Origin: the human T2T-CHM13v2.0 reference genome, Homo sapiens
Length of the DNA stretch: 64,000 bases
Assembly: GCF_009914755.1 (NCBI RefSeq)
Contig: NC_060928.1
Direction: 5' to 3' (one strand)
In this document: positions 1 to 15,081 of the stretch, in pieces
Numbering within the stretch: position 1 is the stretch's first letter
Layout of the letters: every line of letters starts with the position of its first letter
Program-made: the position numbers and the translations under genes
Notes under the pieces: model-generated
Database searches by the model: none
What the model saw: the letters and a program-made list of their open reading frames with translations, nothing else
What the model was told of the DNA's origin: nothing

Positions 1-39
1 TTCAGGGTCATATTATTACCAAAGCATAACCTAGGCTTT

Positions 40-410
40 CCTGACTCATGCTTTTGTACAAGCTCTTCCCTTTGCCTAACATGACCCCCTTCAGCTGCCT
101 GGGAAAGTCTTACTGATCATTCCAGCCCCATTGATCTTCTCTTCTGTGAAACCTGATCTGAGTCATTGCAAAAGAAAGCTAACTACTTCCTCCTGTGCTC
201 CCATGGCAACTTGTAAACAATGCTGACATCATCCTCATCGCTGGTTATCATAACAATTTAATATCCATCAATTCATATGGTACTAGATCATGGGTGCATT
301 GAGGGCAGGGACTGTGTGTCCATCCAGCTATCAAATTTGTATCTCCAGCACCCCACAGAAGGATTTGCATACAGACGATACCCAATCCAATGAATGATGA
401 ATGAATAAAA
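40..410 (+). mobile_element. L2 LINE 3' end fragment
   Basis: TGAGGGCAGGGACTGTGT...TTGTATCTCCAGCAC...AATGAATGATGAATGAATAA resembles the L2 terminus with its (TGAA)n tail. Confidence 0.6.
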
Positions 411-823
411 AACTGACTAAATGTAATCTGTACAGAATAGGCTTTTGGCTGAGCATGATGGGGGAGGTCTGGGTCATACAGTGAAAACACTGTATGGGAC
501 TCTATAGTTTGCAGACATTAGAAGACAATAATTGCCATTTTGAGCTTATGTTGAATTCATATTGGCCTGTATAATGTGTATTACTATAGAAAATAAAACT
601 TTCATACATACAATCAGGAAGGTGATTCTTCAAAGAGTGTCTAAAAATTAATTATGACTCATGAGTGAGTGCACGAGAGTGGAATCAATGTGGGTCCTGT
701 TAGTGGAGAGTGTTTATTTAGGAAACAACACTGCACATGTGTAACAGCCAGAATGACGATTAAGATCACGTGTAACTGGCACATTACAAAAAGGTGGAAA
801 GGACACTGTGAACAAAATGCAAC

Positions 824-1048
824 TCTATCTATCATCTTTCTACCTATCTATCATCTCTCGATTTATCTACCTACCTATCATCTATCAATCTATTATCTAT
901 CATCTATTAGCTATTATCTATCTATCTTCTGTCTATCATCTATCTATCATCTACCTATTATCTATCATCTATCTACTATCTATCATCTATCTACCTATCA
1001 TCTGTCTATTATCTATCTATCTATCAATCTATCTATTATCTATCTATC

Positions 1049-1079
<31 letters not shown>

Positions 1080-1105
1080 AATCATCTATCTATCTTCTAT
1101 CATCA
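824..1105. repeat. Degenerate (TCTA/GATA)n microsatellite, ~280 bp
   Basis: TATC/TCTA units throughout; perfect (TCTA)7 at 1050-1077; explains the low-complexity ORFs 669..1112 and 808..1305. Confidence 0.95.
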
Positions 1106-2074
1106 CCTATAAATCCCATGACAGCAGTAGGGGCAGATCTAAGTTTTGTGGGGCCTCTCATTGCCTCTTTAAATTAATTCTATTGGGTAGGGGCAGCATT
1201 CCTCTACCCCTGCTGATGACTTGGGTAGACCAGAGATCTCAAGGTCACATTCAGACAATAAAATATCCTTTGAATTGCACAAAATGGCCTCCATTCAGAT
1301 TTTAGCATTCCAAGTCGCAGATAATAGTTAAAACTTCAGAAACAATTTAGCTTTAAATCTTCTTTCCTTCCCTGGCTGGGACCTGTCTCACCCAGGAAGT
1401 CTGCCCTGGGAAGGGGTCATGGCCCTCTTCCTTTCCCCTCCCTCTGCTCACCTCCTTCCCTTTGTTTGCTGCTATTTCCCTCCATTCCTGGAATGAAGCC
1501 CAGAAAGGGGAGAGGTATGAGGATGAAACAGCTCTCATGTGGCTGGGCAGCCTAAGGCCTTTGGGCCGGACAGCTGGCCTCCCTGGAGCAGCCTGGCTGA
1601 TGATTAAAGCTGACCCTGCCATGAGCTCCACAAAGGCCTCCAGCTGGGCTGCTCTCGCCTGTGGTTCCATTGACCCAGGCTGAAGCACCTCTGTCCCTTC
1701 AGGTGGTCTCATGTGATTCTTTCCCCAGCTCCTGGGATTCTGGAGGTGCCACGTCCAGTCCCTCTGCTGAGGTCTTCAGTCCATGCCTTTAAGCCCCAAG
1801 ACCACCCCACACTACCCCACACCTGCTTCTTTTCCCACGTGGCCCTCATCTGGTCTTGGGACATGCTGCTTGCTCTGCCACAATAGTATCCATCGGTTAA
1901 AATATTTTGGCGCTGTCCTATGTCCTTTGCATTTATTACCTAATTAATAATGCTCACAACCAAGTAGGTACATTTGGCAGGCTGTATCCATGGGTATTTC
2001 CTGTAAAATTTCTGTCCCTGGTTTTGCCATCATGAAACACTGTGTGCACATTTCATTTGTCATTGATTTTGGCT

Positions 2075-2560
<486 letters not shown>

Positions 2561-3029
2561 AAGAAATAATTCTAGGATAAAGAAATGCGTGTAGGCTTGG
2601 GGATAGGAGGGGAAAGGCTAGTTAGGATGTGGGGTTCAAGGATTTAAGTAATCCTTAAAGGTCCTAAGCATCCTTCAATATTGAACAAACTTAAATATGG
2701 ATCTAAAATGCCTTGGAATCTAGGGCTTTGTCAATTGCTTCTTTCACAACTCTAATGAGAAATCTCATTAAAAAGAGAGGTTTCAGTCCATGGTTTTGAG
2801 AAACTTAAAAACATTTGTCTGCCTGACTCATTAACTCCACTACCAGAAATAGATTCTAAGAAATAATCAGAAGCTTACACAAAGGTTTGTGTATAAGACA
2901 GTGAGTCACCATGATCTTTAGAGTAGTAAAAGGTAGAAACAACTCCCTTTGTTCCATCTCTGCTCACACGACACCTCCTTAGAGAGGGTCTTGACCTGGG
3001 CAAATAAAGTGGCCCCGTCTTCTTACCAT

Positions 3030-3412
3030 GCCTTTATTTGTTATGTCATAAGACGATCACCATGTGATGAAGTATATATTTATTTGTTAATGTGTTTGCT
3101 TTCTTTCTCACAACTAGGATGTCAGCCCCATGAGAGCAGTAGGGGAAGATCCAAGTTTTGTGTGACCCGAAGCACATATAAATCTGAGGCCTGTTTTAAG
3201 AAAAACAATTTTTAAAAAAGAATATAAAATTAGACATGAGAATGAACACTGATTTAGAAAGGGAAGAAAAGGTCTGTCATTCATTAGCCTTGTGGTGATT
3301 CTGCCATAGAGGGGCAAAGGCTTGGTCTGTCTTTTTCACAGCTACATCCTGATGACCTGAAACAGTACCTGGCACATAGTAGGTGCTCAAGAAATACTTG
3401 TGGAAAGAAAGA
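3030..3412 (+). mobile_element. L2 3' end split by a short hAT-type DNA transposon (~3140-3308, Zaphod/Tip100-like)
   Basis: L2 motifs CTAGGATGTCAGCCCCATGAGAGCAG and CCTGGCACATAGTAGGTGCTCAAGAAATACTTG flank an insert starting AGGGGAAGATCCAAGTTTTGTG. Confidence 0.6.
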
Positions 3413-3509
3413 GTGCCCAAAAAGAGAGAACTGGTTAAATAAACGAGCAAAAGAGGAGGAGAGAGCCTATATAATTTGACCTCAAACACAATAAGCAACT
3501 GAAAGAACT

Positions 3510-3925
3510 GGATTTGAACACAGATCTGTTCTCTCCTTCTTTTTGAGTTTGTGACTACCCAGCCAAACTCCGTTCCCAGCCTCCCTTGCAGCTAGGTGTG
3601 CCCATGTGATGAAATTCTTGCAAGTTAAATGTGACCGGAAATGATGATGCCACTTCTTGGCCTCAGTCTTAAGACCATGGGTATGCTTCCTCTCCATGCT
3701 GGATACAATTTGGATGTGGTGATGACTTAGTTGGACAAGATTCTGAGGGGGATGGTAAAGCAATACATTGGAAAGAACCAGTCTTCCTGAAGGTAAAGGA
3801 CAGAGTTTCCTCCCTGACCTGCATAGTTCACATCAGGATTGTGATGTGACAGAGAAATAATCTTTATTGTTCTCTAAGTCATGGTATTTTGGGCTCTTTG
3901 TTACAGCAGCTTAGCCTTGTGCCAA
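3510..3925 (+). mobile_element. Old MaLR LTR (MLT1J/K-like)
   Basis: TTCCCAGCCTCCCTTGCAGCTAGGTGTGCCCATGTGA and terminal TTTGTTACAGCAGCTTAGCCT. Confidence 0.65.
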
Positions 3926-3928
3926 TAG

Positions 3929-4234
<306 letters not shown>

Positions 4235-4489
4235 CTACAGTTTCTTTTTCCCAAATTAAAAGTTGTATTTATTTCATATTAGTCTACTTATTTTTATTTA
4301 TCTATTTTTATAAATTGACAAATGATAATGAATACAGTTTTTCTACTCAGGCCTTTTGCAGTGCATTCTACTGCCTTCTAGCAACACTGCTAGAAATAGG
4401 GCGAGTGAGTTATTTACCGTCAGGCCTGAGAGATGCTGTGTGGTTTTCTCCTGGCTGTTCCCAATGCTTCTCTTCCCTGGTAATATGAA

Positions 4490-4700
4490 CAATGGCTGTG
4501 AGTCTGGTACTGTGCTAAATGCTTTCCATGAAATAATTTACTCAATCCTTACCTTTTGAGTAGATAGTTGTATTATCTCCACTTTATGATGAACAAACTG
4601 AGGCACAGAAAGTGTAAGCAACCCACCTAAGTAAGTGTGAGGGCTGGGATGTGGACACGGGAAGGCTGGTCCCATAACTGACTTTCCCGGTCACCATGCT
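4490..4700 (-). mobile_element. MIR
   Basis: Antisense core TATTATCTCCACTTTATGATGAACAAACTGAGGCACAGAAAG. Confidence 0.75.
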
Positions 4701-4944
4701 CTGTTCTTCTTGTCTTGCTTCTTCTGCTCCCTTCCTCTCTTGCAGATCCCTTCAACTCCCCTCCATCATGAATAGGCCAATAGGGGCACCCAATGGCTAT
4801 AAATAAAAAGAGGTTCCTGCCTCTCTCTGTCAATTGTTCCACATTTATGTCTATTTGGTGTCTTCATGGGATATTAAGGACTCTGGCATTTGATGAATGT
4901 CCTTCGGTACCAATCAGTCCAGCATCTCTTTGGGCACACTGGGC

Positions 4945-5098
4945 ACACTGGAGAGAGCCCTGGACTGGGAGCCAGTAGTCTAGTTTCCAGATCTGGCTCT
5001 GCCACAGGTGTGCATGTGTCCTTGACCATGGTACTCCCATCTGTCAGTGCAGGGATGGATGACCTCTAGGATTCCTCATAGCCCTAAAGTCTGTGATA
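4945..5098 (+). mobile_element. MIR3-like
   Basis: GAGCCCTGGACTGGGAGCCAG...CTGGCTCTGCCAC...GATGACCTCTAGG...TCTGTGAT. Confidence 0.55.
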
Positions 5099-6329
5099 TA
5101 ATTCTTTCCTTCCTCAGCCTGGTATCTGTCCTTTGGCACTGCTGGCCTGCCTTTCCCCAGGAAGCCCATGGGCAGGAATCAGCTCCCTCTTTAGAGCCTG
5201 AGAGGAGCATTATGTGGTCTTGCCGATTTTGACAGGCAAAAGGAGAAGGTGAGGAAAGTCAGGCTCTCTGGTCTCCTAGTTGGTGCTGCCATCCGCAGGC
5301 TTAAATGTCTCCCTGAAATGCAGATGGAAATGAAGCAAGGTGAAAGGGTAAGCGTAGGAGCAGAGCAACTTCTAGGCTTAAAGAGGAACTTGAACCCAAC
5401 TGACTCACGAGGGAAGTGGTTGTTGACCTTGAATCCTAGTTGACTTGCAAGTTGGTAGCTTGTCTTTTGAGAGACTTAGATGAATTTAGTTCCCGTGCCC
5501 ATGAACTTCTGTCATTCATGGCAAAAAGAGGTAGCCTCCAAAAGAGCGATTGAACAAGAAGAATTTGGGGATGCATGAATGAATAAATGAAGGATATGGC
5601 AATTCTTTTTCTGTGAATGCCTTGGGCAATCAGACAGAAAAGATACTTAGCTCTCCAGGATGGCTTAGATGGATCTCCTCAACGCCACTCCCTGTTGAAC
5701 TGATTGCGCCTGAAACACGCCAGAGTACAGGGGTCTTTGGGAAGCCTTTAATCCTGGCTGTCTGCTAAACTCAAACTTTCCCTCCTTCCTGATTTTACCA
5801 TAGTCTTCCTTCTATAAATTACTTGCACATGGTAGATACAGTTTCAGTTCTGGGCTAACAAAATGGCAGCCAGAAACCATTCAGTCATAAGATGAGCAGT
5901 GACAGAAAAAAACAGGGAAGAGATAAAACCTTAAGCTGTAAGCAGGGTGGGCCTCTGCCAAATAAAGATGTTTATTGCTCTTCTGCTTTCTCAACAAAAT
6001 TATAAGATTGAACGCCTTGATTTATGTGGCTCAGCAGATGTTCTCAAATCTATTAGCTCCTTGCCTCCTCCGTTGAGTGGGTGGTGCAAAAATAAAATCT
6101 GCAAGGAAGAAGCTGGCAGTGACAGGAAAGGAAGTGAGGGGCCTCTGAGAGATTAGGAGCTGAGACATGACCCAGAAATAAAAGAAAAGGAGAATCTGAA
6201 GGAACAAGTCTTCACGGTTCCTGTTCAATGAACTTTTCTCTAACAAGAGACAAAATTTGCACAGCCACAAATTATTGCAATTCAGAGAGCCAAGTGTATT
6301 GAGTTGAAAACATATTTTATGTAGGGAGG

Positions 6330-6679
6330 TGTCTTACATTGAGGTTGTCATAACAAAATCTCATAGACTGGGTAGCTCACGAACAACAGAAATTTATTTC
6401 TTATACTTCTGGAGGCTGGGGAGTCCAAGATCAAGGCTGGCAGATTTGAGGTCTGGCTTCTTGGTTCATAGATGGCCTCTTCTTTCTGTGTCCTCACGTG
6501 ATAGAAAGGGTGAGGACCTCTCTGGGATCTCTTTCATAAGAACACTAACCCCATTCATGAGGACTCTACTGTCATGATCTAATCACCACCCAAAAGCCCC
6601 ACCTCCTAAGACCATCACCTTGGGGGTTAGGATTCCAACACATGAATCTGGGGGGAACACAGGCACTTAAACCATAGCA
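6330..6679 (-). mobile_element. MLT1A-type MaLR LTR
   Basis: ATAACAAAAT...ACTGGGT...CAGAAATTTATTTC...GGAGGCTGGGAGTCCAAGATCAAGG...ACCATCACCTTGGGGGTTAGGATT...ACCATAGCA. Confidence 0.85.
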
Positions 6680-7554
6680 AGAGGCATTAACAGTATTGAT
6701 GGCCCAAATCTCTCACCCAAAGAAAGTTGTCCAATACATTTGAGAAAATTTTAATGACATGGGTCCCTCGATGCCACCACCTTCTCTCATTTTTCTCTTT
6801 CCCCTTCCATATTGGCCGCATGTCTATCACCCCTTCAATTCAGGCTGGCCATCCAGAACCTTCCCCACTAGATAATATCTCTACCTCAAATTAAAAACAG
6901 TCTCCTTCCTACTTGTTCAGAGCCCTGGTGTCAGGATGGTTGCGGAAGATTGTTAAACTGGCAGCACGACGTGGAGATTTCCTGGGGATTTCAATCACCC
7001 AGTTCCCCCTACCCTTCCTGACAGAGGTTAATCACGAGGGGAATGAAAACAACACACAATCTTATGAGCAACGAAGGATAGGTTGGATGGAACCCACAGA
7101 GGCCGGCTGAGATTTCAATTTCCTTACTGTAATGAAAACTGCATTTCCATTAACTGCTGCAGTAGAAATTATTTACCAATGGCCACCTGTGATATCATTG
7201 TCCCGTAGTTTATGTGGCGTGGACTGACTCTGCAAGGGGTGGCTACTGAAGCCTCTATTCATTATCCCCCTCCTTGAAGCCCGGGGGATGCTGCATGTGA
7301 GCAAAGGCAGTGCTTTTGTGTGCATGAAAAAGGAGGAGCCAATTCATAATATCATGGTGATATAAAAAATGATTCTTCTCCCATTTTTCTATGACCTTTC
7401 CTTGCTTGATTTGAATTTATGATTTTCTGCATGTGTTTCAGATGCCAGATATCACCAATAAGAATAAATAACAAACTTATTTTCCAACGAGCTATATGCC
7501 CCGCCGTGAGTTAAGTGCTTTGTATACATTATTCCACATAGTTAGAATAGCCTG

Positions 7555-8200
7555 GTGTGCCAGAGATTGTCCTCTAGTATCCATCCTTTTCTTCTTCCTT
7601 TGATAATATAATCCCACATTTTTCAGCTCAGCACATGATTTCCTGCAATCGAACCATGTATCACACCAGCCGCCCTTGCAGCTATGTGTGACCATGTGGT
7701 CACTGGGATGTAAGAGTTTCGTGTGCAATTTTCGGGACATATCCTCAGCAGGAGGGAACATGCTGCCCTCCCTCTGCCTTTTAAACGCACACATCCTTTA
7801 TTTTATTATAAAAATTAAGATTTGATATGGAGATTTTCTATATGATAATGGTCACGTAATGCATAGATAAAGGAACCATCTATTCTGATGTGACAATGCT
7901 AGAAATAGAGGGGACTAAAACACATATCTTTAGAAATGTGCAAGTACAGTTGTCCCTCAGTATACACAGCAGATTGGGTCAAGGACCCTTGCATATACCC
8001 AAATCCACAAAACATGCCCTTTTGTTCACCGGCTGGAATGTGGACATAATAGTTGGACATGAGTAGCCGTCTCAGACCATGAGATGGAAGCCACTTGTTG
8101 AAGATGGTAAAGCAACAAGAAGGAGCTTCAGGCCCTGATGACTGTGAGGGAGAATTTTGAGTTTTTTTGCAGCTGCAGCTGAACGTATCTTACTAGAAAC
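7555..8200 (+). mobile_element. MLT1J-like LTR interrupted by ~220 bp that includes a MER2/Tigger terminal fragment (~7948-8010)
   Basis: CCCTTGCAGCTATGTGTGACCATGTG, later GGCTGGAATGTGGAC...GACCATGAG; insert contains TA-CAGTTGTCCCTCAGTATAC. Confidence 0.55.
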
Positions 8201-8214
8201 ACTCTGCAAGAAGG

Positions 8215-8450
8215 TAATAGAATGAGGTATTGGAGAGCATGGGCTTTGGGGTCAGATGCACCAGGGTTAAAATTCTTCTTCTGCACTTATCAGCTTTGTG
8301 ACCTTAGGCAAGTAACTTAACCATCCTGTATCGGATTCTTTATTTGTATAATTAGTGGAAGTAAAACCTCATTGAATTTTGTGACAAGTTTAGGTATATA
8401 TGATATATCTAAAATTTTCAGCATAGAACTTGGCACATGGTAAATGCATG
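8215..8450 (+). mobile_element. MIR
   Basis: GAGCATGGGCTTTGGGGTCAGA...GTGACCTTAGGCAAGTAACTTAACC...TGGCACATGGTAA. Confidence 0.75.
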
Positions 8451-8660
8451 AGACAAGGTAGATGTTGTCTTGTATGAGGAAACAAGCCTCAGATAAGTTA
8501 AAAAATTTCTTCCAAGGCCACACAGATAAATGATTGAGAGTCAGACCTGGAAGTCCCCAAAGCTTGTGATTTTCTGGGACATTGACCACCATGGATGCCC
8601 AGAGGTCATCATGAAAAACAAGAACATAAAAGTTAGCTGCTTTGTAAGCTTGCTAGTTAA

Positions 8661-8700
8661 CACACCCAGACACACACACACACACACACACCCAGACACA
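8661..8700. repeat. (CA)n microsatellite
   Basis: CACACCCAGA(CA)n CCCAGACACA. Confidence 0.9.
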
Positions 8701-9124
8701 TACGCACATGCACTTTGTATGTGACTCATTCTTTGACTGTAAAATTATTATCTCTTACAAACGAATCTGCTGAAATAGAAATGTTTATTTATTTGAACTA
8801 ATATGCACCGACGTTACCTGGTATACAAAGTTTCCAATAGGTGTTGCTGTTGTTCCCTTATCCCTCAGGATCTCTGGCTTATGATGCAATCTTCTGTCAC
8901 ACAATCACATTCTCCATTTCCTTCATTTCTATTGAGTTCGGTTTTAAATTTTCAGATGAGCTGAGCTCAGAGATAGTCTCTAATCTTCCAAATCTGTGCC
9001 AATGGTGTCCTTCCCATCCAGGCTTTCTACAGATCAGGGCTGAGGTGAATTGTTTTACATCAACTATGGGCTTATAACAAAGAGGGTGATATCAGTGGCC
9101 CTTAAGTCAAAGAAGATTATTGAA

Positions 9125-9240
9125 CAAGGCTGTGAGCTCCATGAAGGCAGGGACTGTGTCTGTTTTATTCATTGATATATCCCTACCACTTACCCCAGAA
9201 GGGCTCCATCAATATGTGTTGAATGAACTTTGAATGAACG
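9125..9240 (+). mobile_element. L2 3' end
   Basis: TGTGAGCTCCATGAAGGCAGGGACTGTGTCTGTTTTATTC...TGTTGAATGAA. Confidence 0.75.
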
Positions 9241-10531
9241 GGCGCTTTCAGGATCACCATGCAATAAACAGTCATGGATGACATAAGCCATCAAATTGAT
9301 GCTAATCACTTCCCCACCGAGCCCAGTTATAGTGGGCATTTGCCCAGCTTTGCCCCCCAGCATGCAATCCACTATTCTAAAGCCCCTCATCTTCCCTTTA
9401 GGGAGTTTTACGCTGTGGGTTGTTTTCTAGGGGTGGGAGAGGAGAGCGCTTGCCTCTTAGAAACCAAAGGGGCCAGATGCTCTTTCTGGGAACTTTGAAC
9501 AACTGCTGCAAGAATGCGGATTGGTTGGAGGCCATTCACTGCAGGGCTGGTGTAGCATGTGGATCATATGCATCTGCTCTGAGTTTGGCAATGCTAACTT
9601 CAGCCTCTTCTTCACTAGCACTCTCAGGCCCTGCCCGCTTTCCAACCCTGGACTTCTAACCCTCCAGAGATTCTGATGTCCTGCAAATACTTGGAATAGT
9701 CCTATCCCTTAGTTTCATAAGAAAGCATGTAAGCTAAATTGTTAGAGAGATTTCACAGATAGTCTTTGTCCTCACCAACAGGCTTAAAGATTATTTGGCA
9801 AATTTCCAAATAGTAACTTGGGAGCAGGAGAGAGAAGTTGCACTGTCAAGGCCAATATGATTCAATTTGAAATATGGAGATTGAAGTAATTGGAGAAGGT
9901 GATAGTCACTGGTTCTGATCCTAAAATGATTATTAGGATAAAAAATCTGACACTGAAAAAGTTGGAGGGAAGCGAGTTGAAGGCTGGATCCATGGCTAAA
10001 TATGGTGCCAACACCTGCTTTTACAATTGCTGATGCATTTTTCTCATCAACAAAGAATGTATGCTGGCAGGTTTCTCACTCCCTTTGCAGAGTGGTTGTT
10101 GCTGTGCTGTCTCTTCACATATTGTGAGGATTCTGGGTCATTTTCTCGAGTTTGAAACTGTGGATGTGGCAATGGCTATTTCCAGATAGAAAACAGTGGA
10201 ATCCTGGAAAGAGCTGAAGAAACTATCAACTCGAATTTTGCACTTTGGTTCAAGTGAATTTTGAAAGCAGATCCTTTGCATTTTACACATCTATAAAGGG
10301 AACCAGGGGCTCATTCTACACTGTGATTGTTCTCTAGGAAGAATGTACTTTCATTACAAATTACATCCGAAATATTCATACTGTGCTTTATGTTTTTTTT
10401 TGTCTTTGTACTTCAAAAAGAACAATTTGAGAATCAAGTTTCATATGCCACCTTTGATAGTATAATTCCCATTGGAGCAATTGTCTCCCTTCTTCCTCAT
10501 CTCTTTCTGAACCTACTTAAAAAAAAAAAAA

Positions 10532-10949
<418 letters not shown>

Positions 10950-11298
10950 TCATCTAAGTCTGTCCCCTCTCCTGGGTGGGGGGAGTGAGGACTGCAGGGA
11001 GCTTATTATGCCAATGGGCTCTCACACCACAGAGAAGGGAACACCCAGAGTGGTGAGTGGTTGTGAAGTACCTTTGGCTTAAATGGCAAAGTCTGTTGTG
11101 GGTATTTTCCACTCATGGTCTCTGGTTTCTATCCCTATTGCCTCCTCACTGTCCCTTGACATTCTCAGCTGATCCAGAGAAAAGACTGCATAGTGAAAAA
11201 GGGTGCCTGACTGGGTTTTGGGAGACTGGGACCCAGTTGAGGCTGGTGGGCAAGTCAGATCAGTGTCATAAGTCTTGTGTTCCTCGTATGTCCTCTGA

Positions 11299-12130
<832 letters not shown>

Positions 12131-12149
12131 AGAATGATTAGACTATTTG

Positions 12150-12425
12150 CTCATTCATTCGATAAATTTTTATTGAGCAACTATTATGTGATAGGCACTT
12201 TCCTAGGCACTGATAATTTAACAGTGCAAAAAAAAACCCCCAACAAATTCCCTGCTCCGATGATGCTTTTATTCTAGTGGGAGAAGACAGGGAATACATA
12301 AATAAGCAAATAAGTATATAATATATCAGGTGGTGCTAAGCGCTGGGAGGCAAAATAAATCAGGGTGAGAGAATAAGAGGAAAGGTGATGTTATATTTAA
12401 TGGTCAGAGTCCTAAAAGAAGTGAC
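12150..12425 (-). mobile_element. L2a 3' end
   Basis: TCATTCATTC...TTTATTGAGCAACTATTATGTG...CTAGGCACTG...ATTCTAGTGGGAGAAGACAG. Confidence 0.8.
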
Positions 12426-12434
12426 TGATTTTGT

Positions 12435-12860
12435 TAACAAGGTAATGTTGGCCTCATAGAGTGATTTAGGAAGTGTTTTCACCTCTGCTATTTTTTGGAA
12501 GAGTTTGACAAGGATTCTTTAAATGTTTAGTAGATTTCACCAGTAAAGCCATCTGGTCCTGGACTTTTCTTCATTGGGAGGCTTTTGATTACTATTTCAA
12601 TATTTATATTTGTTATAGGTCTATTGTGATTTTTGATTCCTTCTTGAGTTAATTGAGGTAATTTGTGTGGTTCTAGAAACTGCTATTACATCTAGGCTAT
12701 CTAATATGTTGGTGTACAGTTGTTTTTAATAACAGTCTTTTGTAATTCTTTTTCTTTCTGTAAGGTCGGTAGTAATGTCCTCACTTTCATTTTCTGAGTT
12801 TAGTTATTTGTGTCTTCTCTTTTTTTGGTCAGTGTAGCTAAATGTTGGTCCGGTTTTGAA
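12435..12860 (-). mobile_element. Old L1M ORF2 fragment
   Basis: AAGGTAATGTTGGCCTCATAG...TTTTGGAAGAGTTTG...CAGTAAAGCCATCTGGTCCTGG. Confidence 0.85.
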
Positions 12861-12929
12861 GACAGTGGCTGAGCATGGAGATACCAAGTGGCAGGGCATT
12901 CCTGGCAGGATGACAGATCATCCCAGCAA

Positions 12930-13135
12930 ACATTTACGGAGAACTTCCTGCGTGCCAGGCATTTATTACAGGGGCTTCACCTGGATGTTTCCATAGAGCA
13001 GCTACGATGATGATGATTATTCTTACTTTCCAGATGAGGAAACTATGGTACGGAGAGGTGAATGAGCTTGCCCAAGATCCCATCACTATTAGAAGCAAAA
13101 CCAGTAAGAGTCTGACTCCAGGACCTGGTCTCATC
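12930..13135 (-). mobile_element. MIR
   Basis: CAGATGAGGAAACT...GAGAGGTGAATGAGCTTGCCCAAG. Confidence 0.7.
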
Positions 13136-14212
13136 TGTACACTTTGACCTTGCCCAGGTGTGAGTTCAGTGAAAGGAATTATTATGACTAATGTCAAAAC
13201 AGAGACAATGAAACAAAACCTCATCTCATGTACCTCAATATGGAATTTTTTCTCCTTTAGAAATGCATGAGAAATGTGTCATTTCCAGCTTGGAGTAACA
13301 AATGGTACAACCATTTTACAACCTAATTTTACTCTCCAGCTGGTTCCAAGATATTAATAACTAGGGCTAGGCCATCCTTGTCACATTTTGGATTTTTAAA
13401 AAAATCTCCAGCTATCTTCCAATGTATGCCATTTTATAAAATATATTTTTCCCTAGTATTTTTTTCCATTTGGAGGAAACAAAAGTATGTTTTAACAGCA
13501 TACAATCCATATGCTTTTGATTTCCTCGTACTCAAGTCACCAAAATGTCGCTTCATAAGAGCTATTTTATTCCTCTTTAAACTCTCCTGAATATAAATTT
13601 TTAACATTTCCTTCCTCTCAACCACCAAGCAGTGTTTTGCTGAGGGAAAGAATATCCAGATAGCATCAAAACTAGATAGTTTTTCAACTGACGTTGGGAC
13701 TTAAGGGGGCTTGGAAAACATGCTTTCCTGACCAAAGCTAAATTACGGGCTGATTCCGAAGCTCTAAGTACCTAATGGCTCAGGTTAAGGGACTTATGGC
13801 CCCAAAGACACCAAAGAGTTTTTAATCACTCTTCCTCCCTGCGTACCCCACAGCAGAGCTGTAAATCTTTTACCCTTTATAGGAAAAAAAAAAAGTGAGT
13901 GGGAGAAAGAAATTTCTCTTGTCAGCTTGAGCTTTAAAAAGAAGAAGGAAGTACGGGGTGAATGGATGTTTTTAAGCTCAGGCATATGTTGGATGGGAGG
14001 AAATGAGACTGAGGGAGAAGCAAAGTGCTGATGTAGAGGGTCCATATGGCCTCAGAATGACCTGTGAGTCTCACCAGTTCCTATAACAAACGCCACAGAT
14101 GCCTCATGTGAAGAGCAAGTTTTGTAAGGAAGCTCTGGCATTGAGTGAAGTCAGCAAAATTAGGAGTGGTGCCAAGAAGGATTCTCCTGTATGAGGAGCA
14201 CTCCTTTTCCTT

Positions 14213-14250
14213 TCCATCCATCCATCCATCCATCCATCCATCCATCCATC
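14213..14250. repeat. (TCCA)n microsatellite
   Basis: ~9 TCCA units. Confidence 0.9.
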
Positions 14251-14299
14251 TGCCCCAGAAACACTGGGGAAATCAGGCAGGAAGGATGGGAAAGAAATG

Positions 14300-14480
14300 G
14301 AAATTAAATTCTATTAGTCACTGGCTATGTCATCAAAGGCAATGCTGATTGATTGCTAGTGGCTGCCTGGAGTGCTGTGTTGAGAAGGATTCTGAGGTCT
14401 GGTCTGTTTTTTACAGCGAGAAGTAGAGTTGATCAGGGATTCAGCTACAGACAAGATGGTAGGGAGTGCCAGCCGTCACT
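14300..14480. mobile_element. MER102-like hAT-Charlie fragment
   Basis: GGCTGCCTGGAGTGCTGTGTTGAGAAGGATTCTGAGG. Confidence 0.5.
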
Positions 14481-14599
14481 CTCATGTTGAGAAATATCTC
14501 ACTGTGCCATGTTCCCAGTCCAGAGCTGGTTAAATGGAGGAGATGAAGGAAGGATTAGCCTGATGCCCATCCAAGGTAGATAAGAGTGAGAAGAGCTGG

Positions 14600-14790
14600 G
14601 CTGGTTTAGGAGGCAATGGTAGGATTTTAGGAATGAGACTTTGGCCTGGTTAGTATCTGTAGCTCTACCAGAAAAAACACTAACCCCTCCAAGCCTCAGG
14701 TTTTTCCATGTGTAAAACAGAATAAAAACACTTTCCTTATAGGATTGGGGTGAGGATTAGATGTAAAATAAAGGGTCTGGCTTGTAGTAA
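14600..14790 (+). mobile_element. MIR
   Basis: CTAACCCCTCCAAGCCTCAGGTTTTTCCATGTGTAAAA...GTGAGGATTAGATG. Confidence 0.6.
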
Positions 14791-14800
14791 TGTTTTATAA

Positions 14801-15081
14801 TTTTTTTATTTTTTTGAGATAGGGTCTTATTCTGTTGCCCAGGCTAGAGTGCAGTGGCATAACCATGGCTCACTGCTGCCTTGACCTCCGGGGCTCAGCT
14901 GATCCTCCCACCTCAGCCTCCTGAGTAGCTGGAACTACAAGTGTGCACTATGATGCCTGGATAATTTTTTGTCTTTTTTTGTAGACATAGGATTTCACCT
15001 TGTTGCCGAGGCTGGGCTCAAATGATCCGCCTTAGCCTCCTGAAGTGCTGGGATTATAGGCATGAGCCACCACGCTCGGCC
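14801..15081 (-). mobile_element. AluJ
   Basis: Antisense dimer with J-type GATCCTCCCACCTCAGCC; small internal deletion. Confidence 0.9.

Noticed and set aside
669-1305. 147-aa and 165-aa ORFs
   Set aside because: Translations of the TCTA microsatellite (IYLS repeats).
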